A stretch of DNA of 64,000 bases from Paragordius varius (lineage: Eukaryota; Animalia; Nematomorpha). The notes below the pieces were generated by a model. The model made no database searches, had not been told where the DNA came from, and saw only the letters and a program-made list of their open reading frames with translations. The translations under genes were made by a program, and so were the position numbers. The DNA is taken from NCBI GenBank assembly GCA_964247055.1, contig OZ176052.1:620001-684000 (forward strand), in the 5' to 3' direction. Within the stretch, counting starts at the first letter, position 1, and each line of letters starts with the position of its first letter. Positions 41,633-54,200 of this stretch are shown piece after piece.

Positions 41633-42108
41633 ACCTAAAATATCAAATAAATTAAGAGAAAAAGTAATTCCTGGGAGGAAAATGGCATCTTTATAATTAA
41701 TAACAACATATTATGCAAATAATTATTTTTAGCCTACGATTGGAATTCGAAGTCGTAGTACATCCTATAAAGTAATAGGTGGCTTTATACGAAAACAGTA
41801 ACCATTAAAATGCATACTCGCTAAGTTTGCGTTTTTCAGTTTTGAGATAAATACGTATCAAGTTGATATTAAATTGATTAATATAACCCCCAAACTAAAA
41901 CCATCCTGAGATTTATGGAATAATTTATTTTGAGTATATAATTTTGATCAGATATGTATTAGATCTGCTTTTAGGACCCCTTGAAATGACTACCTTTGTT
42001 GATTAGTTAAATCTTTTAATTGGTAAAAAGAAAAAAATGAACAAGTATATTTGAATAAAGCTCTGTTCATAATTACAAATTGAATGTTATATATAAATTC
42101 AAAAAAAA

Positions 42109-42227
42109 ATTACGACACCCGGGATTCCCAGGCGGTCACCCATCCAAGTACTAACCGGGCTCAACGTTGCTTAACTTCGGTGTTCGGAAGGGAACCGGTG
42201 CTTTCAACGTGATATGAATTGTTGGAA
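42109..42227 (-). pseudogene. 5S: Solitary 5S rRNA gene copy, probably a pseudogene
   Basis: The minus strand reads CATATCACGTTGAAAGCACCGGTTCCCTTCCGAACACCGAAGTTAAGCAACGTTGAGCCCGGTTAGTACTTGGATGGGTGACCGCCTGGGAATCCCGGGTGTCGTAA followed by a T-run. Box A and Box C are recognisable. The first ~10 nt cannot pair with the 3' end, so helix I is broken. Confidence 0.85.
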
Positions 42228-43599
42228 TTTAAATGGCTTTTATATATTTACTGAAGTGCACAAGGGATATGCAGACATTGACAAGGTGGGTCTGATAGAC
42301 CATTTTCTTTATACACTTTATATGAGAAATATCCAGGTATCCGAGTTTTATTGAATTAATATATGTAAATTTTGGCCTGATAATTAGAAATAAGAAGTGG
42401 CTTTTTAAGAAAGAAACCTATGGTAATTGAGCACAGTCATCCAATTACCTAAAACAATTAAATCGACGGTCAAGCAATAATTATGGCTAGAGCCTTATTT
42501 GAAGGGTTTTTTGTTTTCAAATTTAAAATACAATTTTTTTTTAAAAAAAAATATTTTACGGGGTAATAGATCTACAGCAGCATTGAATATTTAGAAAATT
42601 ATATTAACTATGTTTCCAAATAAATACCAAATAATTCGATATTTTTAGCGAAAGATGCTTTTAATAAAACATAGGCTGTTTTTCGAAGACAGTAGTGGGT
42701 TTTCAGAAAAATACTGCGCCTGTACTGCGCCCTCTTTTGTATTGCCTTTTGAAATTAAAAATTATTTTTAAAAATATATATTAAATTCTAAAATAAATTA
42801 TTTCCTAAAAATTATTTTATTTAATATAGTACCCTCTGTGAAAATAACCCCATAATTTGTAAAGAAATGGTTAATTTGCGCTAAAAAAACTAAGATTGGC
42901 CTATTTTTAATTGGTTAATATTTTATTCTGCTAGAATTATACATTAAATTAGGTTTTGGATCGGTCAAACCGCTTAGTGCAACCTTTCGCGCAGTGACGA
43001 AACTATAAATCTCGGACTCCACCGTAAGATAAAAGCTAATGTCTCTTTCACTAAGAGCTTCTGCAAAAAGAGGTGCCACAAAATTTAAAATTAACAAAAT
43101 TAATTTATGATATTTCAATAAATGTCGGGTTTAGAAAGTTCACTTTTTATTATAATTATCAAACGGAAAATTATATAGAAAATTGTTATTACCGTAACAT
43201 TAAAATTTCATATATATGGCATATGATATGGAAATAACCCTTCAAAATTAAGAGTTTTTACGTTTTCTACACTCATTAGGTGGGAGGTATATATTTCTTA
43301 ATTTTTTGCCTAAACTTTAATATGGAATATAATATAAAAATATTACACATTAATTTTCGTTGCGTATATTGGATTGATCTTATGATAATAACAAAAAATA
43401 TTTAAATGTAAATTTTGGTGAATTTTCAATAAAGTTTTTAACGGAATAAATTATGACAATTTATGTAATGCAATATTAAATCCGTAAAATATTATGTATA
43501 TAAATGAGATTTTTTTACTTGGAAACGAAAGAGGCAACTAATAATAAAAGATTTCTTTTATGTAAAAATATTTCTCGCTTTTGATATTGCAAAATTATC

Positions 43600-44983
43600 A
43601 ATTATATCAAATCTCTCATATTCCACACTCAACAATGTTATGTCATCCAAACGATCTTGACCCATCGTCTATCGAATATATGTTAATATTAATTTCAATT
43701 CGCTGAATGACCTTTCACAACTAGCGACTGACGTTGAAATAGTTAAAGGTATTTGAAGTTTAACCCTTATATTGGGAAACACATTGTATGAAATTATAAG
43801 GGTTAACAGTTCTGACAGAGTTTTAGGTACGACATCTTTTCGACTTAGCAGAAACATCCCATGTTTCATTAAAATCTGTATCGCCTATAGATTTACAATT
43901 ATTTTTTAAATCATTAAAGTTTGTTATTACGTGTCAAATTTTCAAATTTAGCTACAAGTTTTAGTAAAGATAAGAGGTTTCCAGGTTCTGCTGAGTCATC
44001 TAGATTCATTAACGTTCAATATGTCCTCGAAAAGAAAGATTTGGGTGACTAGAATATGCGGCATAATATTTAAAAATTTCGCCATCGATCCTTCGATTGT
44101 ATGTAAGCTTTCAGAGCAGAATCAATTCCTGTTTTATTTATCAATCTTCTTTCTGCCTCTTTCCATTAGTAAAGGCTTTCCGATGATTGAGGCTATTTTC
44201 ATGATAGATTAATTTATCTTTTTCCCTTCAATAAATGCGTAGTCATGAAAGATAATGGTAAAGAATTAGATCGATTAAAAAGTAGGCAACAAAAACATAA
44301 CGTAGATCTGTTCTTTGGTGAATATAAAAGCTAAGACCTCTCAACTTCAAATCTTTCCTACGAATATTTATTTTTGTGCAAAGTTGATTAGATATTACAA
44401 GAACATTATTATTAGTAAATTTTAAAAGGCGACATCATAAAACTCTATAAGTATAGCGCTTGGAATTAGTAATGGTATATTTGTAGTTTTCTCGGATTTT
44501 AAGTTTCCTTTTACGTAACCGCTAAATTTAGGCATTAATATCTGATTGGTTATATTAATAATTTTACCTTGTTGGAGATGTAATTATCTTTGGGATTAAA
44601 ATAGATAAATTGGGTTTTAAAAATTAAATATAATTAAAATAAATATACAATTGTAAATAATAAGTATAACAGATAAGGTTTTGAACAGAGAAAGAAATTA
44701 AAATAATTTAATTAAAAATAAAAGAATTAACAATATATGATTGATAAAGAAACTTTTTTAAGCGACATGAAATTTGTTTTTTGTATAATGTTTGCTCTTG
44801 ATCCCATTTATATAATTTTTATATTATAGGGATTATTACGTAAATTGCCGAAAATTTTAATTAAAAGTTGTTATTATTTTTGTATAATTTAAATTTAATT
44901 TAAAAAAATCATTTAGGCGCCCCTAAATAACGGCCGGAGCATGATGCACCCCCTTTTCCCCTTCCCCCCTCGCTACGCCAATG
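43600..44983 (-). mobile_element. Internally deleted hAT transposase remnant (ZMYM1-like type) with a probable 5' TIR
   Basis: 43669-43869 encodes a hAT C-terminal dimerisation motif (FPNIRV.LQI.LT..TSVASCERSFSELKLILTYIR, then MGQDRL). Around 44020-44100 it reads HPNLSFRGH with stops. A TIR-like CATTGGCGTAGCGAGGGGGG lies on the minus strand ending at 44983. The partner TIR was not found. Confidence 0.7.
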
Positions 44984-46599
44984 AACTTTTCTATCAGCTT
45001 AGAATTTATCAGAATTCTGAGGTACTATAAAGGTTTGGCATAATATAAAATGTATTGGAATCTATAATTTGAAAAAATATGCGCATAAAATCTTCTTAGT
45101 AAAATCGATAATTCTTAGATGGGCGGGGTCAAAAAGTCGCACTTGACTTGTAAGTTAAGCATGGCAAGTGGAGCAAGTTTACTTAAGCCAGCAAGTACAC
45201 TTGAAGATCGGTGCTAAAAAAATACTTAAGTCTAGTCTTTTACTTATGAATGAAATTTTTTGCCATCCAATTTGAATTTTACGGAAAAATTGCTATTATT
45301 TTGAGCCAAAATTTATGAAATAAGGCACAAAAAAAAACAAATAATACAATAAGCATTTATTGAAGTTTTTTAAACTTACTGGCACGTATCTCATTTGATA
45401 TAATAGAGTTTATTAAAAATTGAGCCTAGTAAATTTTAGATTTATAAAACCATTCGCCCTTAAAACATTTTCCATTATTTTACCAGACTACTCATTTTGT
45501 TTGAAGTCCATTTGCAAATATGATGGGAGGATGTAACATATTTTATTTATAGATTATCAACATTACATTCGAAATAATTTTATGATGAAATAAATTCTTT
45601 ACATTAGTTAATTGTAAAGTGACCTTTGGCGTTTAATAAACGAAGATTTGAAATTTTACAAGATTAATATTTAATTATTAATTTTAAGAAATTTTTGAGA
45701 ATCAAATTATTTTGCGCGGAATTAATATATTTAGCATATCTTTATATGCCATGTTCTTAATATTAGCATAGTTTTTCTATAAATTTATCCCCTTTTGTAT
45801 CCATTAGCCAAAATTTGTCAAATTAACAATGTATAGCATTAACACAAGTTTAAATTACATATAAAATTTATATTTTTTACATCAATAGTTTCCAAAATAT
45901 TTTTATCCATATCTTTAAATCTGTCAAGTGTGCGCTACACCGCACTTGCAAAATCTTTAAATTTTACTTGATCATATGATTTTTTATCACCTCTCAATCA
46001 AGTTTTCTTGCCTGTCTTAAGTCGTGTAATGTTAAATTTTTTTTATCACATGAAAGCAAGCCACCCCACCCCATATTTCTAAATTAACTATCCAATGCAA
46101 GAGTGAAAAAAATCATAATATTCAGTTTTTATTTTCTGCGGTCCGCGAAGTCATTTGTGTTGGACACCCACCCTTAGAGCAGTCACCCAAAATTTTAAAA
46201 GGGCTAAAATATTATATTTACTCCTCTTAACTGCCATATTTTGTTATTTTCCTGGAGTAAGAGAACCTCAAATGTTAAGACATATCTTATTATCGTATAA
46301 ATTTTCCATTTTAGCCAAGTCCTAAATAAACTTTCGCATACATTCTTTTTCTTAAAATAATTAATATAGAATAAAACATTTAGCTCCCACCAAAAAAGAT
46401 TTTTGTAGTATAGCTAATTTTATAATTTTGATTTAGAATAATAACTTTTTAAGTGGAAATATTTTTCTTGGAGAATATCTGAAACTAATGACTAAATTTT
46501 TTTATACATCAGAATTTATTTTTATCATCGTATCTTTGACCTAGATTTTGTGCACTCTATTTTAAAAAATTATTTTAGGATTGAGCCGATGATGAATAT

Positions 46600-47507
46600 A
46601 TGGATAAATTGCCCCCGCACATACGGAAAAAATTTGAACAGCGTGAAAAAGACAGGCTGGGAAAGAAAAAAGATGTGAAGGATAATACCATAATTCACCA
46701 GATAGAAAACTTAAAAAATAAAATTCAATTTTCTTTGGATCCCGATTCAAAACAAACAGATGTAGAAAATTTACAAAAAATACTTATTCAGAATATAAAC
46801 TTATTTACAAGTCGTCAAGTATTTTTTTAATAAATAATAGATAGGTCCAACAATACAACGATTTTATACATCAAATTAATAGTGAAATTTTGATTAATCC
46901 TGCACAAAATATTTATTTAGATGAGAATGATACCATCAAATTTAGAGGCAATACTTTACCAATCACCAATAAAGTTAACGATGTTACATTCGATATTAAG
47001 CCGTTGATTGCTGGTGATGTAAAAGGCAAAGACATTGAGATATCTAAATCAAAGTTGGACCATCAGAATACAAATTTGGTTTTAGATGGGAATTTTGATT
47101 GTACAATTCGAATTCCACATATCCTCCCCAATCTCCGAATATCAAATCTCAAAAATTGTAAAATCTTTATTGGACCGGTCAAAACGTCAGTTTTTGTCGA
47201 TAATTGTTTGGGATGCGATATTTCCGTTATAAGCAGACAATTACGTATCCATTCAACTCATCAAACTACGTTAAATGTTTTAACACCAAATCGGATTGTG
47301 ATTGAAGATTGTAGTCAAGTATATTTAAAACAGTTCATAAAATTATAGTTAATTTTTTCAAAGTATTCATACACTTATCCTAACTTATCAAACGATTTGC
47401 AATCAGCTCAATTAGATGATATGGCCAAGTGTGATTGGACCAAAATTGATGATTTTGATTGGATTAACCCGTTTGAAACGTCTCCCAATTTCACAATTAT
47501 TCAATAA
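46600..47507 (+). CDS. TBCC: Tubulin-specific chaperone C; exons 46600-46818, 46845-47318, 47349-47507
   Basis: LRISNLKNCKIFIGPVKTSVFVDNC..SRQLRIHSTHQT..RIVIEDCS..YSYTYP..DWTKIDDFDWINP..SPNF is the TBCC beta-helix and C-terminus. The N-terminal MDKLP..FEQREKDR also fits. Two phase-0 GT-AG introns of 26 and 30 nt restore the frame. Confidence 0.92.
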
Positions 47508-48266
47508 TTTTTTTAGAGCTTATACTATTATGATAAATAAAATTCTTGTAATTGTTTAATAATGATGGAAATCGTTTCGCATTCACTAAAAAATACAATC
47601 CTGGATTCTAGAAAAGGATGCGACCGTTACTGTAATAACCTTAAAATGCGTGCATATCATGCGAATATACAAAGCTATCTTCTATTCTTTTAAAATAGAC
47701 ATTTTTAAAATAAAAAGCATTAGTCCGCTTTCTTCTAGTAACATCCTACGGCTACCTCCTCGTTAGAGTTGGGTGGATCACCTTCAATAAACTTACACCA
47801 GAGGCCAGTTTTGGATGCTTTGCAAAAACATTGACAGTGAATACCTTTCTCTCATAATGACCCCGTTGTGGGGATAAATACGTTTTTCAAAAAAATATAA
47901 CATATATATTAAATTTATTAAATAAAAAAAATTAATAAATTTAATTTACAATTTCCCTTTTTAAAATCAAAGAGGTGCATGATGATAAGCATGAGCGAAT
48001 TACTTTATAGACGCTGTTTTTGGGCTAAAAAACGGTGTTATAAATGGGATTTGCTTTACTTCCCACGAAGAGTAATCTTACAATGTATGGCATGTTAAAT
48101 GTAAAAACCTGGCTTCAACTTTTCTATATGTTTGAAATATGATAAATTTTAAGGTCCGTGGAGATTTTATGACATGCATTAATTTTGCTTTTGTTGTATA
48201 TTCATTTTTAAATATGGCAATTATTTTCGATAGAAGAAAAAAATTACACATCAATTTTATATTATA

Positions 48267-51200
48267 TCAAAATGGCATCCAAGATATATTTGAAAAATGC
48301 CACATTTGTTCGGAATTTGGGTAGGCTAGACACGGGCTAAAACCTAATTGCCAATATGTTTGTTGCTTCGTTTGTTTATAAACCTTGGTACAAAGCGAAT
48401 TACCTTTATTCTGTAAAGTTTTCATCTGTAAAATAGTATAAAATTATTTTTTACAAGAAAGGCAGTAGAATGTATACTAATTAAATGTATTAAGAAACTA
48501 CTTTAGGGTTATGAATCCATTTTTGAGATGTTTTATTAGCTTCACAAAGTCTCAGGATAAGTCGATGAGAAATTTGAGTTGATGAAAGTCGTAATGGATA
48601 CGTATCTAAACACATGCTTTCATCTGTCCCAATTTGTCCATTATTTTTCATAATCCAATACTTATATAAATAAAATTACAGCAAAAATTAAAATTTTAAA
48701 AAAGGCAAACGGACAGTAAAAATTGAAATTATACGGACAAAACGTAGCAATATAAAGACAAATATTTTTTTCTAAAAGACATCCATACTTTTCAAAAAAT
48801 TTTCTCATATAATTTTTTCGTAATACATTCTTGATTATGTTACCAATATACATTACTCTCCTCTCTTCATAGTTTGGAACATTAAACAATTATTTATATT
48901 TTAAAAATTTGAGATTGAAAAAGTATAGTTATATTATCAATAAATATTCTTTTAGTTTACACGTTTTGTCCGTATAATTTTAATTTTTACTGGCTATAAT
49001 ATTAAAAAGTTATTAATATTATTCTGAATTAATTCTAAACGATACCTTTGTATATACATCGGACTGTGTAGAGCACGGTAAAACAGCCAAATACGCATCC
49101 AAGCCATTTATTCCAACTTTTGCGAAAATGCATTGATCACTTGCATTATGATAAAGCTTTTTTTTTGATAAAACATAATTAATTGTTTAATTTTACAGTA
49201 AAAATTGAAATTGTACGGACAAAACGTAAAAATATAAGACAAATATATCTTTATTTTTTTTAATATAACTCTTATTTAATATTGCAAAGTGTAAAGTAGA
49301 TATATATATATATATATATTACTAAAACATTCAATTTAATATATTACCATCATGATTATAGAGGAAAAATTAAGGTTTTAAAAATAATGATTGTCTTTTG
49401 GAAAAAAATATTTGTTTTTATATTTTTACGTTTTGTTCGTATAATTTCAATTTTTACTGTATATATACATGTACATGTATGATAAAATTAAAGCTTTTTT
49501 CATACCTGTCCAAAATATTGATAATCGATTGGAAAATTATTTTCTGGGTAGATATTCCGTAAATACCAACTGAAAGATTTGCACTTCAATTGATCTGAAT
49601 GCCGTAATTTAAGACGCGTTGACACGTTTACTGTTGTGTGAATTTCGCGAATATCTAAATTATCGGGGGGAATAGTATTATCAAAATTGTTATAATTAAT
49701 GAATTATATATCAAAGTTATGGTCAAAATTGCCAAATAACGATTTATGGTGTTTTAAATTGAATATACTGTATATCGTTAAAAGTAATGATAGGGGAAGA
49801 TACTTATTTTTGAAATATATAAATAAACTTGAAAGACACTACTGAACTTGATACCATTAAAAAATTATCCTGGATAAATTTTACAATTATAGGGGATGGA
49901 AAAGGGGTCAATGCATACATATGCATATCTCTTTTTTAAAATAGCTAGTATAATTGTGACAAATCAAAGTTAATTTTATTCCTTATCAGAAAGTTTTTAA
50001 ATCTTTCGGGCTGAATAAATATGGGTTTAATTAGATTAGAAAACCTCTGCATGCTAATCCTGATAATATTTTATTTAAAAATATTTGAAATGTTATACTT
50101 TAAACCTTTATTCATAAAGTATATAAAGTGCTTGTATTGATTCAACCACGTTTCCGTTAATCTTGCTAAGTTTTGACTCAGAATTCGTCGAACACCGCCA
50201 GGGAAAGTGTAGGGCGAGTTTTTGCGGAATACGTGACCTATGTGGGAACAGCTTGCAATTTGAATTGTTCCTCCACATTGCCAAACCTTAGACATAAAAA
50301 ATATATCCGATTTGTAAAATATATAATCCACTTTTATAATATAAATTTATTATCAATTTTAAATTATCAATTTTGTTTTGGATAGATATAATGAAAGCTA
50401 AATATTTACGACTACCATTATTTGCTTTAATTTACCCATGAAACTTAATATTTTTACCACTATTTTTTTAAAAAACGATATTTATTATACCTCTTCTTTG
50501 ATACATCAATAATTTTTTATTGTATTATTTTAAAATGGGAGATGCAAAAATTGAAATTCTTTAACCAAATACCCAAAGAATAGTTTAAATTCATTTGACT
50601 AGGCGGCCGATATATTTAATAAAAACACCATGTTGATCATTGTATGATAATTGTAATTAACTATACTATTTGAGCAATTTTCTAACGATATAGAAATTGG
50701 AAAATATAAACTAATTTATTAGGAAGGGAAGAGAATTCTAAACGATTATTGTATAAATAAGCCAAACATGATGTCAAAATTATCATAATTAGCATTTTGC
50801 AGTCTTTCTATTATATAGTATTAATGTAAGTGAAAACAGATAATTTTGATGCGAAAATTCTCACAAATGTTTTAATGGTATTAAAGAGTAGATACCCTGA
50901 AAGAAAGTTCGAGATTTTCGCCACCCCATATCTGCATATCTTTATCATAAGCTCCAATCTCAAAAAAATAATTGCGATCAACGGCAAACAGGCCACCCGC
51001 CATTGCTGGAGTCCTAGGTAAAATTATGCATCTTTAAAATATTTTTATGCCAAATAAAATTTATAACCTTGATATAAAAAATCAAAATTTTGTATTATAT
51101 TAAATAATTACAGTAAAACGGAATTATGCACCCCCAAGGGGGAAAAGTAGGTGACAAATATTTTTCGCTTAAACACAAATTTATACTAAAATCTAGAGAT

Positions 51201-54200
51201 TTTTCTAAATACAAAAATCTTCGTTTTGGGTTTTGAAGCGAGCATCACAGGCGTAAATTGGTCTCATACTAAAAAAATTAAGGTTTGAAATATTTTTTTG
51301 AGTTTTACGTTTTGTCCATATAATTTCAATTTTATTGTAAGTAATCTACTTGTAGAAGTTTTCATCTTTGGTTATTTCAGCCAAAGCGTTGTGTTTTCTT
51401 GGAATACTAAACCAGCGATACTGTAAACCCCAATTAAAACCACCCCATGTGTTTGGCAAACCTGTGGCAAATTCAAAGTTGGTATCTTTGATGACATCAA
51501 TCACAGGACATACTATTGTGTTCCTTTTATTATTATATAAAAGATAAAAATATAATTGTTGCACAAAGCATATAATCAAGTGGTAATCAAACCTTAGCCC
51601 AAAGGCCCCATGCAGCCCTAAAATTGCTTTTATGGCCCTGAATTTTATATTTAATTTATGCACTAATATAGAGTTTAAATATCTGCAAATGTTTCAAATA
51701 ATTTATATTATAGTGCGTGGCCCTTGAAACAAGAAAGATTTATTCGAAGAAATTGGAATGACTTAAATAAGATTGGTCAATCCGAAAACATAAATTAATA
51801 TGTGCATAAAGCTGAAAATCTGTGCAGTCAATATGGAGGACCCTCCCCTTCCCCAGTTTAGTCTATAAGCATTTTAAGTTACAATATGAAAAGCTGATAT
51901 GAAAACTAATGATTTTGATCATTAAAATTGAAGCCATATTATATTAGTTAAACAATTCGTCATTTATATAAGGTTCACAAATAATATTTTTAGTTTTACT
52001 GTATTTAACCATACTTGTTTTGAGCTATACGATATAGTAAAGGTTCAATCCACCCAATGGTACATTCACAGTGTGAATCCAGAAATATCAAGGTTTGGCC
52101 TTTAGCTTTCTTTGCTCCGTATATTCTGCTTCTGATGAGTCCGGACCTTAAATGTAAACGCTTGAGTCGAATTGCGACGTTTATCTCTTTTGTCAAAGTA
52201 TTTAAATAGCTTGACAGCGTTTTGCCCAAGAATTCTTAAATATTTGCGGTATAAAAAGGAGAAATGATAATATATACCATTTACAATTCAATTTCACCCT
52301 TAAACAATTCAAATTCACCCTTGATCAATTCAAATTCACCCTCGAACAATTCAAATTCACCCTCAAATAAAATATATGTTTTTAAGATTAAAAATTACCT
52401 ATGTTTTATATATTTTTAAAAAATAAAAATTTTGTTTTAAATTAAAATATTACTGAAAAAATAATAAACTATACCATAAACATATATTTCATATTAATAA
52501 TGAGTTATATTAGTTCAAAACATATAGTTTATTTTTAGGGTGTATTTGTATTTTTTAAAGGTGAATTTGAATTGTTTAAGGGTGAATTTGAACTGTTAAT
52601 GGTATATTAGTTAAGTCATATTTTTATTAACCGTGAAAAATAATTAAATACAGTTCAATATTAGCAAAGGGAAAGGTAGGCGAAAATTTTTATATTTATC
52701 CATGAGACTTTAACATGACTTCATCATAACTCTTCGATGAATATCAAGATAAAAAAGATACACGAGTGTTTTCAAAAAATCGCCATAAGATATTGCTAAA
52801 CAAAGAAAAAACTAATTTTTTGAGTCGCAAATTTTGGCTAGCGTCAGAAGATATATATAATCTTTGGAAATAAACGGGAAAAAAATGAATTAAAATTTAA
52901 GTTTTATGGAGCTAGAAATTTGATAAGAGCTAAAACTGTCATTTATTATTTCAAATTACCCCTTTGACTTGCATCATCCACCAAAATTATTTCGTGTATT
53001 AAATGGTGAGGGGCAGTATTAAGTACACTTTTTACCGTCCTCAGCAGCGTAGACCAGGCTTCATTATGGAAAATTATTATGATTGAAGCTTTTTGCAAGG
53101 TAATATTTTGCCTTTTAACATCCATATAATACGATTCATGTTTGCAACTAGTTATACTAAATATACTGTAAAAATTATTGAAATCATACAGACCAAACGC
53201 AAAAACATATAAACATAAGTTTTTTTTGAAAAGACAACCATAATTTTTAAACCTTATGTTTTCTCACATGTAAATTAATTAATGACAATTGTAAATTATA
53301 TAAATGATTGTGTTATACCAATTTACATATCTCCCTATTTCATAGTTTGTTTGCAATTCATAACCATAAGTTATATTTAATAATATCAAGTTTAAAAAAG
53401 TTGCGCTCTCTATATAAAATTTATATCTTTACTGTATAATTTTCATTATTACTGTACTTAATATTATAAATCAAAAAATAAAATACTAAAAACGACAAAC
53501 AAAGCGACCTCACTTTTGTGGCCTAACATCTGGTAGTGTTCTATCAATGGATATCATATCACTGGCTAACAAATTAAAATGATTAAGGCTCCAATATTTT
53601 CGCACTTGAGATCTTAAACTTGGAGGCAAGATAACTCCTGTCCCGTTCTCTCCTTGACCACGGACAGCGTTATAACTATTACGATTTATATCAGCTAAAA
53701 AAATTGATATTAAATTTTAACAAATTAATATGTTTGCAATATATAGATTATAAAATTCTTGTGTTTTAAGAAATTTTTGTAGTAAATTATAAAATATACT
53801 TAACCAAAACTTAAATTCGATGACATCGCGTCGACCAAATAGTTTTTAACACGGCCCACAATTACACCCATGGTAGGTAGGTAGTTGCTATTGCTGGAAA
53901 ATTTTACACTGTACTAATATCAAATAAATCATTATAGTTAAAATAATAATTTGTATTCTCGTAAAATTTATTGAATTCAAACTATATACAAAATTTTCGA
54001 TACATGAGAGTATCTTTTTCAATGGATTAACTAAAATAAAAGAAAATAATAATAAGATTAATTAAAACAAATTTGAAAAATATAATTATAAATTATGATA
54101 ACATAAAAAATGCAAAGTGGTGTGCATGTGTTATTGTTTTTTCCTTGGTGTGGTAAATATTTTGAAATAGTCTGTTTCTTTTAGGAAGTCTTTTTGTGAC

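Noticed and set aside
42310-42400. Possible spliced-leader RNA next to the 5S copy (CCAG|GTAT at 42336, AATTTTGG at 42368)
   Set aside because: Both motifs are common by chance in AT-rich DNA. No convincing stem-loop I or known SL exon match was found. It would need an SL-seq or covariance search.
47740-47880. GC-richer island between convergent TBCC and GALNT
   Set aside because: I saw no match to snRNA, tRNA or snoRNA motifs and no consistent exon.
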